From: Miltoncostaeaceae bacterium
GTDB lineage: Bacteria; Actinomycetota; Thermoleophilia; Miltoncostaeales; Miltoncostaeaceae
DNA length: 64,000 nucleotides
Assembly (NCBI GenBank): GCA_049318525.1
Contig: JBMOGE010000001.1
Coordinates: forward strand, 2,761 to 66,760
Direction of reading: 5' to 3'
This document shows positions 1 to 8,482 of the stretch, piece by piece; the first letter of the stretch is position 1; every line of letters begins with the position of its first letter. The notes under the pieces were generated by a model, which had not been told where the DNA came from, searched no databases, and saw nothing but the letters and a program-made list of their open reading frames with translations. The position numbers and the translations under genes are program-made.

Positions 1-287
1 AAGATGACCTGCTTGGGCAGGACGTACCCACCGGGGTCACGCGGGTGGCGGTAGAAGGCACAGAAATCGCAGTCGGTCACGCAGAAGTTGGTGTAGTTGA
101 CGTTGCGATCGATGACGAACGTGACCACGTCGGGGTCGGTCACGCGATCCCGGGCACGCCGGGCCGCAGCGGCCACGGCCAGCACGTCGCGTGAGTTCAT
201 CAGCGCACGGGCACCCTCGTCGTCAAGGCGCTCGCCGGCGTCGATCCGCTCAATGATGTCGAGGTGATGGCTGAGGGTTGTGCTCAT
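1..287 (-). CDS. Radical-SAM futalosine-pathway enzyme (MqnC/MqnE-like), N-terminal part only; runs off the window
   Basis: Reverse translation from the ATG at 287 gives MSTTLSHHLDIIERIDAGERL...VNYTNFCVTDCDFCAFYRHPRD, which carries the CxxxCxxC radical-SAM cluster motif. There is an ATGA overlap with the mqnA stop at 284. It is absent from the ORF track because it is open-ended. Confidence 0.7.
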   Translation of the reverse strand, partial: MSTTLSHHLDIIERIDAGERLDDEGARALMNSRDVLAVAAAARRARDRVTDPDVVTFVIDRNVNYTNFCVTDCDFCAFYRHPRDPGGYVLPKQVI

Positions 288-1096
288 GCGGCCACCGCGG
301 TGTCGGCGATGGTCGGGACCTGCTCCAGCTCACCCGCGGCACGGGCCATCTCGAGGAACTGCGCCAGACCCGCGCGCTCGGCTGGCCCGAACTCGTAGCG
401 GAGCCTGCCGAGGTACCCGCGGATGTACGCCTCGGGGAATGGGAAGCGCTGGGCTGCTGCGCGGGCGACCGCGTCGGGATCGCGCAGATACGCAGCACGG
501 GCATCGTCGATGGCACTGGCCAGGCGGTCGATCTGGGGCCCGCGGGTACGCATGGCATCCTCCCGCGCTGCCCATACGGCGAACACCATTGGCAGCCCAG
601 TGCGCTGCTGCCACAGTTCACCGAGGTCGAACGAGTACGGGGCCAGGCCGTCGCGGTGGGCCTCGAGCGCCTCATCGGCGATGAGCAGTACGGCTTCGCC
701 ATTGGCGATCGCATGGCTTGCAGGGCCGTCGAGCACGCGAAACGCCACGTCGGGGCCGAGCAGGATGCGCAGGAGGGTGACACTGCTCGCGCTGTGGGGC
801 GTGACCGCCACGCGGGTGATGTCGGCGAGCAGAACGGGCGAGAGCACGCGAATCGAATCGACGGCGCCCTCGCAGGCGATGGAACCGACAGGGATCAGAT
901 GAAGGCGATCGGCGTTGCGGGCATACGCGATGCTCGACATGGCTGAGACGTGGAGGTCGCCGGCCAGGACAGCGGCGTTGAGGGCTGCCGGAAGTCCATC
1001 GGTGAAGGTGACGCCGGGCAGACCGGCCGCCTCGAGGTGGTGGTACACGGGATACATATTGAGCGCGCTGATGCGCCCCACGCGCAGATCGCTCAT
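284..1096 (-). CDS. mqnA: Chorismate dehydratase MqnA (futalosine menaquinone pathway)
   Basis: 270-aa ORF starting MSDLRVGRISALNMYPVYHHL. It has the periplasmic-binding-like fold pattern typical of MqnA (GDLHVSAMSSIAY, LPMVFAVWAARED). It lies in an operon with a radical-SAM Mqn enzyme, prenyl synthase, ubiE and ubiX. Confidence 0.8.
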   Translation of the reverse strand: MSDLRVGRISALNMYPVYHHLEAAGLPGVTFTDGLPAALNAAVLAGDLHVSAMSSIAYARNADRLHLIPVGSIACEGAVDSIRVLSPVLLADITRVAVTPHSASSVTLLRILLGPDVAFRVLDGPASHAIANGEAVLLIADEALEAHRDGLAPYSFDLGELWQQRTGLPMVFAVWAAREDAMRTRGPQIDRLASAIDDARAAYLRDPDAVARAAAQRFPFPEAYIRGYLGRLRYEFGPAERAGLAQFLEMARAAGELEQVPTIADTAVAA

Positions 1097-1557
1097 GCCG
1101 CCACCGCCCGGGCACCGACGGCCTCGGCCAGATGCTGCGGATCGGTGTCGTCACCTGCGGGGATCACCCATTCGCCCGCTCCGAATGCGAGCGCCACCTG
1201 GCACGCAGGCGCCCCGAGGGTCTCCCAGTCGGGACGGATGGCGACGGATTCGGGCAGCACGCGCCGGGCCACTGCCGTCACGAGCAGGTCTTCCACTCCC
1301 CACGATCCGGGCCGCCCGGGCTCATCATCACCCGGCACCAGTTGCACGGCCCGCACCGCGGCGCAGTCGGCCGCGACCTCGATGAGCCGGTCGGCGATCT
1401 GGGCGTGTGTTGTGCCCGCGCCGTAGCGCACGGTGACGATCCCCTCGGGGTCGGCGGGACCGCGCATCCACGTCACCTGCCGGGGCGGAGCGATGCCCTG
1501 TGCCGCGGCGAATGGGTCACGGGCGTCCAGCATCGCGATGATCTGCTCGCGCGTCAT
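1093..1557 (-). CDS. Uncharacterised 154-aa protein embedded in the mqn operon
   Basis: The start is taken at MTREQIIAML (ATGA overlap with the prenyl synthase stop at 1554), and the stop overlaps the mqnA start. The frame is G/C-rich at the third codon position. I recognise no family motif with certainty (see findings). Confidence 0.6.
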   Translation of the reverse strand: MTREQIIAMLDARDPFAAAQGIAPPRQVTWMRGPADPEGIVTVRYGAGTTHAQIADRLIEVAADCAAVRAVQLVPGDDEPGRPGSWGVEDLLVTAVARRVLPESVAIRPDWETLGAPACQVALAFGAGEWVIPAGDDTDPQHLAEAVGARAVAA

Positions 1558-2525
1558 GCGAACCGGTCCACAACACCGGCGGCGATGGTGCGCAGCGCAG
1601 CCACGTCGGCGTCGCCGATATCCCCGTCGAGCGATGCCACTGCGGCGGCAACCTCTTCGATTGCGCGCTCGCGTGCGGCCACGGTGCCGGGGTGCACCGC
1701 AAGGCGGTCGCACAAGGGCAGAAGGGGCACGTCGCCACGCGATGCCCGTTCGATCTCGCTGGTGAGCCCCGGTTCGTCGGCGATGGCAAGGATGATGGGC
1801 AGCGTGATGGTGCCGCTCAGGATGTCGGTACCCCGCCGCTTACCGGTCTCGGCCGGCGACCCGGCGATGTCGAGAATGTCGTCAAAGATCTGGAACGCCA
1901 CGCCCACGTGCTCGCCGAATGCGGCGAGGCGTGCCTGTGCCTCGTCGCCGGCACCCGAGAGCACCGCCCCAAGACGGCAGGCCACCGAGAACAGCGCGCC
2001 GGTCTTTCGCCGGCACCGGGCGACGTATGCGTCAACGGGCAGGGCAAGATCGTTGGCCGCCCGCTGCTGGTCCATCTCGCCGAGGGCGAGGTTGAGTGCG
2101 GCATCGGCCAGCGCGCTCACCGCCGGTGGCGAGCCCACGTGCGTGAGTTCGGCGAATGCGCGTGCGAAGAGGAAGTCGCCCACCTGGATGGCTGAATCGG
2201 CACCATGGGCGCGCGCGACGGTGGGCCGTCCGCGCCGTGTTGTGGCGCCATCGATCAGGTCGTCGTGCACGAGCGTGGCCATGTGCACCAGCTCCACTGC
2301 TGCTGCGGCGGACACCAGTGCGGCACGGTCGTCGTCGTGACGTGACGACGCGCAGAACAGCAGCATCGGCCGCACCCGCTTGCCGCCCGCGGTCAGGGTG
2401 TCGCCGGCCGGGCCGCTCACTGCGCCGGCGTGGCCTCCGGCGACGGCCGCCAGCACCTCTTCGCACTGCGCCATCCAGGGACGCAGGGCATCGATGAACG
2501 CGGTCGGCGCGGGAGCGGTGGTCAT
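1554..2525 (-). CDS. Long-chain polyprenyl diphosphate synthase (hepta/octaprenyl type)
   Basis: 323 aa with both Asp-rich motifs (LVHDDLIDGATTRRG and FQIFDDILD). Confidence 0.9.
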   Translation of the reverse strand: MTTAPAPTAFIDALRPWMAQCEEVLAAVAGGHAGAVSGPAGDTLTAGGKRVRPMLLFCASSRHDDDRAALVSAAAAVELVHMATLVHDDLIDGATTRRGRPTVARAHGADSAIQVGDFLFARAFAELTHVGSPPAVSALADAALNLALGEMDQQRAANDLALPVDAYVARCRRKTGALFSVACRLGAVLSGAGDEAQARLAAFGEHVGVAFQIFDDILDIAGSPAETGKRRGTDILSGTITLPIILAIADEPGLTSEIERASRGDVPLLPLCDRLAVHPGTVAARERAIEEVAAAVASLDGDIGDADVAALRTIAAGVVDRFA

Positions 2526-3232
2526 GCGCGCACCGAACCGTGGTGCAGCGTTGCCATTCCACCCGCAAATTCACGCCAACGGATGCTGCCGATACCGCAC
2601 TCCCACATGAGCGCCGCCACATCTGCGGGCGGGGGCATGTGCCCCACCGACTCCGCCAGGCGGGCGAAGGCGTCGGGGTCGCCGCCGAGCAGCCGGACCA
2701 CGGCGGGCATGGCCACGGCAAGCGCCCGGGCGTGCAGGCCGCGCAGGTGCCTCGGCGGGGTGATCTCGAGAATGACGATGCGGGCACCGGGGCGGGCGAC
2801 GCGCACCATTTCGCGGATCCCGATGGACGGATCGTCGAGGCTGCGCAGGCCACCGGAGGCCGTGACCGCATCGAAGCGATCGTCCTCGTACGGCAGCTGG
2901 GTGACGTCGGCCACCTCGAAGCGGCACCGGCGATGCGTGGCCGCTGCCTTCATGCGTGCACGGTCGATCATGGCCGGCGAATAGTCCACACCGGTCACCT
3001 GCCCCAGCGACGTCACCCGGTCGGCCAGCATCAGCGCCAGGTCCCCGGTGCCGGTAAAGGCATCCAGCACCTGCGAGCCAGCGGCCACATCGGCCACCTC
3101 GGCAGCGGCGCGACGCCAGCCATCGCCCATTCCCAGCGTCATCGCGCTGCTCACCAGGTCGTACCGGGGAGCGATGAGGTCGAACGCGGCGCGATCATCG
3201 ACGGCGCTGTGGGGCACATGCGCGGTGCTCAT
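2522..3232 (-). CDS. ubiE: Demethylmenaquinone methyltransferase (UbiE/MenG family)
   Basis: 236 aa with the class I SAM-binding motif VLDAFTGTGDLA and a UbiE-like C-terminus. ATGA overlaps on both sides. Confidence 0.85.
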   Translation of the reverse strand: MSTAHVPHSAVDDRAAFDLIAPRYDLVSSAMTLGMGDGWRRAAAEVADVAAGSQVLDAFTGTGDLALMLADRVTSLGQVTGVDYSPAMIDRARMKAAATHRRCRFEVADVTQLPYEDDRFDAVTASGGLRSLDDPSIGIREMVRVARPGARIVILEITPPRHLRGLHARALAVAMPAVVRLLGGDPDAFARLAESVGHMPPPADVAALMWECGIGSIRWREFAGGMATLHHGSVRA

Positions 3233-3849
3233 GCCTCCACCCGTCCGGCCTCGCCCCAGCGGGGGAAGAGTGTGTGGTCGATGCGCAGCACGTCAAGGGC
3301 CTTGCCCACCACGAAGTCGATCATGTCGTCCACCGACTGCGGCTGGGTGTAGAGCGCAGGCGAGGCCGGCAGCACCACGGCCCCGGCCTCGGTGACCGCC
3401 ACCATGTTGCGCAGTTGGATGAGCGATGCCGGGGTTTCGCGCGGCACCAGCACCAACTGTCCGCGCTCCTTCAGCATCACCTCGGCAACCCGGTGGATGA
3501 GGTTGTCGCCGGTGCCATGGGCAATTCTGCCGAGCGATGAGGTTGAGCACGGCATCACGAGTGCCACCCGGGCACCGGATGATCCCGATGCGAATGAGCA
3601 GGCGATGTCGTCGGGCGCGAGCACGTCCACGGACCCGGCGGGGTCGCAGTGGCCCGCCAGAAAGCGGTCCATCACGTGGTCGCGTGAGGTGGGGCGGGGA
3701 CCTTCACCGAGGATCTCGTGGCTTATCACCTGGCATCCGGCATCCGACACGCACAGGCCCACGTGGTGCCCTGCCGCAGTGAGCGCGAGGAGGGTCCGGC
3801 CGCCATAGGCGGCACCGCTCGCACCGGTGATTCCGAGGAACACACGCAT
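3229..3849 (-). CDS. ubiX: Flavin prenyltransferase UbiX (MqnM-type partner of UbiD)
   Basis: 206 aa starting MRVFLGITGASGAAYG, with a flavoprotein fold pattern throughout. Confidence 0.9.
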   Translation of the reverse strand: MRVFLGITGASGAAYGGRTLLALTAAGHHVGLCVSDAGCQVISHEILGEGPRPTSRDHVMDRFLAGHCDPAGSVDVLAPDDIACSFASGSSGARVALVMPCSTSSLGRIAHGTGDNLIHRVAEVMLKERGQLVLVPRETPASLIQLRNMVAVTEAGAVVLPASPALYTQPQSVDDMIDFVVGKALDVLRIDHTLFPRWGEAGRVEA

Positions 3850-3884
3850 CGGGGTGATCGTAGGCCACGGGGGGCGAAAACGAG

Positions 3885-3911
3885 CCGGGGTCCCGTACTA
3901 CGGGACCCCGG
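3885..3911 (-). terminator. Intrinsic terminator after the qcr operon
   Basis: Perfect 11-bp stem (ccggggtcccg / cgggaccccgg) with a 5-nt loop. On the minus strand it is followed by ctcgTTTTcg. It lies 30 nt downstream of the qcrC stop. Confidence 0.55.
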
Positions 3912-3940
3912 AACACGACTACATCCCCCCGCTGAGGGGC

Positions 3941-4681
3941 CTACTTGTACTTGGTACCCAGCCCGTTCAGGAATGTCGCGAGAGTGTCGAGGTCCTCGGG
4001 CGGCAGGGATGCGAACGAAGGCATTGGCGCCAGCGGTGCCTTCAGCCACTGGACCATCTTCGCGTTATCCCAGCCCTTGGCACCTTCATTGGTGAGTTCC
4101 GGCCCGGGCCCGGGCGCACCAACTCCCTTGATCATGTGGCAACTGCTGCAGCCATTGGCCAGATAGACCGCCTCGCCCGTGGTCGCAGCAGCATCCAATC
4201 CGGTGAGCGGAAGGGTCTCGCCCTTGGCGACGCCCTCGGGTGTGGTGGCACCGATGAAGGTGAGGTAGCAGAGGCCGGAGGTCACCAGTACCGCGGTGCC
4301 CAATGCGAACGGCCGCTTCCAGATGCGGCGCTCGGGACCACGGTCGATGAACGGCCAGATCACCAGCAGGATGATCAGGATGTTCGGCACCATGAACGTG
4401 GCCATGATCACCGGGGTGAGCGCGTTCTGGTTCGCAAAGATCTTCAGCAGCTCGAACGCGAAGTAGAAGTACCACTCAGGACGCGGGATGAAGTCGGTGG
4501 TCGCCGGATTGACCGGCTCGCCCACCTCAACCCGCACTGTGATCGCGAGCACGATGACCGCCAGGATGGCGAGCCCCGCGATGATGGTGTCCTTGTAGAT
4601 CGCATACGGGAAGAACGGCTTGCCGTTCTTCTTCGACGCCGCGTAATCCTTGTCGTATGCGACCTTGTCGGCCTTCTTCAT
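3941..4681 (-). CDS. qcrC: Menaquinol:cytochrome c reductase subunit IV fused to a c-type cytochrome (Bacillus QcrC-like)
   Basis: 246 aa. It has the Qo-site PEWY motif (RPEWYFYFAFELLK), three TM helices, and a C-terminal CSSCH heme-c binding site. Confidence 0.85.
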   Translation of the reverse strand: MKKADKVAYDKDYAASKKNGKPFFPYAIYKDTIIAGLAILAVIVLAITVRVEVGEPVNPATTDFIPRPEWYFYFAFELLKIFANQNALTPVIMATFMVPNILIILLVIWPFIDRGPERRIWKRPFALGTAVLVTSGLCYLTFIGATTPEGVAKGETLPLTGLDAAATTGEAVYLANGCSSCHMIKGVGAPGPGPELTNEGAKGWDNAKMVQWLKAPLAPMPSFASLPPEDLDTLATFLNGLGTKYK

Positions 4682-5508
4682 CGGGAGACCTCCTGGCCGT
4701 CAGTGACGACTGCGGGCGGGAACGACACGCTGCCCTTCAGTCCGGCGTCACGATTGCGCGCCGCCTTGCGACGGGCATCCTCTTCGTCACGCTGCACGCG
4801 CAGGGCACGCTTGGCCCACGGCGGCTCGGAGATGCCGAGGCGGATGATGAAGTAGAGGTGCAGACCGATGAAGGTCGCGATTCCACCTGGAATTAACAAC
4901 ATATGGATCGAATAGAAGCGCGACAACGTATCTGGCCCGAATTCGGGGCCGGCGCGGAGGATGTCGCCGATGTACGGCCCCAGAATGGGGGCGCTGGCGA
5001 AGATGTTGACGGCGACCACGGTGGCCCAGTAGGCCTTCTGGTCCCACACCAGCAGGTAGCCGGTGAGGCCCATCATCATGGTCATCATCAGGAGCATGGC
5101 GCCGGTGACCCACGTGAGTTCACGCGGGTACTTGTAGGCGCCCCAGATGAACACACGTCCCATGTGCAGGAACACGATGACGATCATCGCCGAGGCGCCC
5201 CACTTGTGCATGCCCCGGACCATCCATCCCCATGTCACCTCGTTGGTGATGTGGGCGATGCTGCCGAATGCCGTGTTGGGGTCCGGCTTGTAGTACATCG
5301 CCAAGATGATCCCGGTGATGGCCTGCATGCCGAAGAGCGCCATTGCGGTGAAGCCGAGGGTCTGGAACCAACTCGTACCGGCGGGGATGTTGCGGAACAT
5401 CAGCCAACGGCCGCTGTTCTTCACGCCTGACCGCTCGTCGACGTAGTCGGCGACTTGGGCCACGCCCTGTTCGACCGGATTCTTCGGCCCGATGTCCTTT
5501 GTGGTCAT
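4678..5508 (-). CDS. qcrB: Cytochrome b6-type subunit (N-terminal half of cytochrome b)
   Basis: 276 aa with four TM helices and conserved His pairs (MVRGMHKWGASAMIVIVFLHMGRVF and FYSIHMLLIP). Confidence 0.9.
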   Translation of the reverse strand: MTTKDIGPKNPVEQGVAQVADYVDERSGVKNSGRWLMFRNIPAGTSWFQTLGFTAMALFGMQAITGIILAMYYKPDPNTAFGSIAHITNEVTWGWMVRGMHKWGASAMIVIVFLHMGRVFIWGAYKYPRELTWVTGAMLLMMTMMMGLTGYLLVWDQKAYWATVVAVNIFASAPILGPYIGDILRAGPEFGPDTLSRFYSIHMLLIPGGIATFIGLHLYFIIRLGISEPPWAKRALRVQRDEEDARRKAARNRDAGLKGSVSFPPAVVTDGQEVSR

Positions 5509-5517
5509 CGCGCGCTC

Positions 5518-6390
5518 CTAGGTGAACGGGTAGAGGTTGGAGAGGGTGCCGGTCACGGGCTCACCGGGCGAGCGCAGCGGGAAGGGCTCCTGCTCGGCAG
5601 AGATTGAGTAGGCCTTACCCACCAGCACCCGCACCTTCGGGCTGGACGATTTGGCAATGGCCTGCTGCAGGCTGAGGCGATCCTTGCCACTTGCGACGTC
5701 CGCGGCCGAGTACTGCTGCGACTGATCGACGATCTTCACGTCGAGGCGGTCGAGCGGACGGGGCGGTGGGCCACCGGTGACGAGCCCGCGCGAGTCGTAG
5801 GCGCCGCCGTGACACGGGCAGATAAAGCCCTGTGATCCGGCTGCGTAGGCCACCGGGCAACCCAGGTGCGCGCAGCGGTTCCAGATGGCCAGCGTGTCCA
5901 TGTCGGCGGCCGTGAGGCCCGCGGCCCATGCCTTGAAGCGGGCGTCGAAGGCAGCGGTGGACTCGTCTGGGCCGGGAATTGGCTTGGCCGAGGGATCCAC
6001 CAGACCGAACATGAGGTAGATGCGCCGGTCGGCCTCGGGGTCGGTACCCGCGACGGCAAGCGAGGCGACTTCGCCGATCTTCGTGGAGGGAGTCGCGTTG
6101 ACGTACGGCGGCGCGTTCTTCAGGAAGTCGCTGGCCGGACCGATGTCCACCCAGCGCCACTCCTCACCCTTCAGTGGGTTGGCAACCGCGAATCCGACGA
6201 CCGGCACCAGAATGGCGGCGGTGAGGATTCCACCACCCGCAATGGCGACAGTGGAGAGGAAGCGGGTACGCGTGATGTACCCCGGGTCGTCCGAATGATC
6301 GGGCTCCGGGGTGAAGTCGGTCGCACGTGGGCCCTCGTAGGGTCCCGCCTGCGTTCCGGGCGCGCCGCTGTCCGGCTCGTCCTCAGCCAC
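5518..6390 (-). CDS. qcrA: Rieske [2Fe-2S] subunit
   Basis: 290 aa with Rieske boxes CAHLGCP and CPCHGGAY. There is an N-terminal TRTRFL segment followed by a TM helix. A GGAGG lies upstream of the GTG start. Confidence 0.9.
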   Translation of the reverse strand: MAEDEPDSGAPGTQAGPYEGPRATDFTPEPDHSDDPGYITRTRFLSTVAIAGGGILTAAILVPVVGFAVANPLKGEEWRWVDIGPASDFLKNAPPYVNATPSTKIGEVASLAVAGTDPEADRRIYLMFGLVDPSAKPIPGPDESTAAFDARFKAWAAGLTAADMDTLAIWNRCAHLGCPVAYAAGSQGFICPCHGGAYDSRGLVTGGPPPRPLDRLDVKIVDQSQQYSAADVASGKDRLSLQQAIAKSSSPKVRVLVGKAYSISAEQEPFPLRSPGEPVTGTLSNLYPFT

Positions 6391-6506
6391 TCCGACCTCC
6401 GTAGACGTTCACTGGATAAGTGACACTAGCGACGTGGAGTCAAACCGATTGCGTCCGCACGCGCAATGGGCGGATGTGGGGCCGGTTGTCCCCGTATCAC
6501 CGGGAC

Positions 6507-7964
6507 TCACCGGTACTTCTCGGCCCCTGGGAGATGGATACCGAGGTCCGCCCAGCGGGCATTCACCCGCAGTCGTACATCGTCGCTCATGCGGATTTCG
6601 TCTGGCCAGGGGCGTACGAGGCCCTCTCCCTCCCACTTTGCCGTGGCATCGAACCCCACCTTGGCGCCGTAGGCGGCGTATGGGGCAGCGTGGTCAAGGG
6701 CGTCCACAGGGCCTTCCATCACAAGCATGTCGCGCCCGGCATCCACGTTTGAGAACGCCCGGAATGCGACCTGCGACACATCCCGTACGTCCACGTCGTG
6801 ATCCACCACCACCACGCAGCGGGTGAGCGACAGCAGGCCGAGGCCCCACACGGCGTTGATGAGCTTCTTCGCATGACCCGGGTAACGCTTCTTCACACTC
6901 ACGATTGCGCAGTTGTGAAATACGCCCTCAAGCGGCAGGTTCATGTCCACCAGGTCGGGCACGGTCATCTTGATGAGGGGCAGGAAGAGGCGCTCGGTGG
7001 CCTTGCCCAGCCAGAAGTCCTCCATCGGTGGCATCCCCACGATGGTGGTGCTGTAGATGGCGTCACGGCGCATGGTGAGGCCCGTCACGTGAAACCGCGG
7101 GTACTGGTCAACCGGTGTGTAGAAGCCGGTGTGGTCGCCGAACGGGCCCTCGTCACCCAGATCGGTGGCATCGACGTAGCCCTCGATCACGATCTCGGCG
7201 TGCGCGGGCACCTCGATGTCCTGGGTGATGGCCTTCACCATCTCCACCTGCTTGCCGCGCAGGAAACCCGCGAACATCATCTCGTCGAGCGCGGGGGGCA
7301 GGGGCGCGGTGGCGCTGTAGGTCACCGCCGGGTCGGTGCCCACCACCACCGCAACGGGAACGCGGCCCTCGCTGTCGAGCAGGTGCTGGCGGCCGTCCTT
7401 GTGGATCTGCCAGTGCATCATGCAGGTGCGCTTGTCGACCTTCTGCACGCGGTACATGCCGCAGTTGCGTGATCCGGTGACCGGGTCGTTGCTGAACACG
7501 AGGGGCAGCGTGATGAACGGGCCGCCGTCCCCGGGCCAGCAGTGAAGGATGGGGATGAGGTCCAGGTCCACATCGTCGCCGGTGAGTACCACCTCCTGGC
7601 ACGGGCCGTTCTTCACCGTCTTGGTGCCGAGCGACGCCAGTTCCCGGAGCTTGCCGAGCGCCTTCACCTTCTCCATCACGCCCTGGGGCGGCTGCATTTC
7701 GGCGATTTCGGAGATACGCGATGCGATCTGGTCGAGGTCGGTGCCGCCAAGGCCGGCCGCCATGCGGCGCTCGCTGCCGAACTGGTTGATGAGCACGGGC
7801 ATCTTCGAGCCCGTGACGTTGGTGAACAGCAGCGCGGGTCCACCGGCCTTCATCACCCTGTCGGCGATCTCGGTGATCTCAAGATGGGGGTCCACCTCGG
7901 TGTGCACCTCAACGAGCTCGCCCATGTCGCGGATGACCTGCATCCATTCGCGTAGATCCTTCAT
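6507..7964 (-). CDS. ubiD: UbiD-family prenyl-FMN dependent decarboxylase (menaquinone branch, MqnL-like)
   Basis: 485 aa with end-to-end UbiD-like sequence (MKDLREWMQVIRDMGELVEV...). ubiX is nearby. Confidence 0.9.
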   Translation of the reverse strand: MKDLREWMQVIRDMGELVEVHTEVDPHLEITEIADRVMKAGGPALLFTNVTGSKMPVLINQFGSERRMAAGLGGTDLDQIASRISEIAEMQPPQGVMEKVKALGKLRELASLGTKTVKNGPCQEVVLTGDDVDLDLIPILHCWPGDGGPFITLPLVFSNDPVTGSRNCGMYRVQKVDKRTCMMHWQIHKDGRQHLLDSEGRVPVAVVVGTDPAVTYSATAPLPPALDEMMFAGFLRGKQVEMVKAITQDIEVPAHAEIVIEGYVDATDLGDEGPFGDHTGFYTPVDQYPRFHVTGLTMRRDAIYSTTIVGMPPMEDFWLGKATERLFLPLIKMTVPDLVDMNLPLEGVFHNCAIVSVKKRYPGHAKKLINAVWGLGLLSLTRCVVVVDHDVDVRDVSQVAFRAFSNVDAGRDMLVMEGPVDALDHAAPYAAYGAKVGFDATAKWEGEGLVRPWPDEIRMSDDVRLRVNARWADLGIHLPGAEKYR

Positions 7965-8482
7965 CGCGCCAGCGCCTCAGCCAGCGCCGGTGCGGGGTCG
8001 AGCCCCGCGGCGATGCCAACGATGGGTGCTGACAGTCCTTCGCGGAGCGCCGCGCGTGCCATGCGCACGGCGTGGGGCGTGGCCCCCGTGTCACCGGCGA
8101 CCGCGGCGGCGGTCGCGCGCCACAGCGGCAGGAGATCGTCGTCGCGCCCGGCCGCAACGGCTGCCGCCGAGAGCGCGACCAGGTCGGCCAGCGCCTCCAC
8201 CACCGACAGGTCACCGGTGGCCGCGACGCGCACCAGACCCTGCGCGTAGCAGTAGTCACCCGCAAGCACGGCCGCGCCCATCTCCACCTGCGACACGTGA
8301 CGCGGTGCGCCGTGATGCAGCAGAAATCCCTCGAGGATGAGCTCCAGGCCCAGGGCGTGTTCGCGCGCCAATGGAGGGCACACAAGCGGCACCATCACCT
8401 CATCGGCGTCGATGGTGCGACCGGCCAGCGCGGGCTGCGCTGCCAGCACGGCTGCCACCGAATCGGCAGTGAGGGTGCTCAT
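7961..8482 (-). CDS. Uncharacterised 173-aa protein; degenerate prenyl-synthase-like helices
   Basis: ATGA overlaps with hemL (upstream) and ubiD (downstream). Third codon positions are strongly G/C. LELILEGFLLHHG and AVLAGDYCYAQGL resemble prenyl synthase helices, but there is no DDxxD motif. Confidence 0.6.
   Translation of the reverse strand: MSTLTADSVAAVLAAQPALAGRTIDADEVMVPLVCPPLAREHALGLELILEGFLLHHGAPRHVSQVEMGAAVLAGDYCYAQGLVRVAATGDLSVVEALADLVALSAAAVAAGRDDDLLPLWRATAAAVAGDTGATPHAVRMARAALREGLSAPIVGIAAGLDPAPALAEALAR

Noticed and set aside
6391-6506. TTGACT plus TAGTGT/TTATCC promoter-like hexamers and a TGGATAA DnaA-box-like word upstream of the Rieske gene.
   Set aside because: Hexamer spacing is wrong for the better -10 candidate. 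The single 7/9 DnaA-box match is not meaningful. This is left unannotated.
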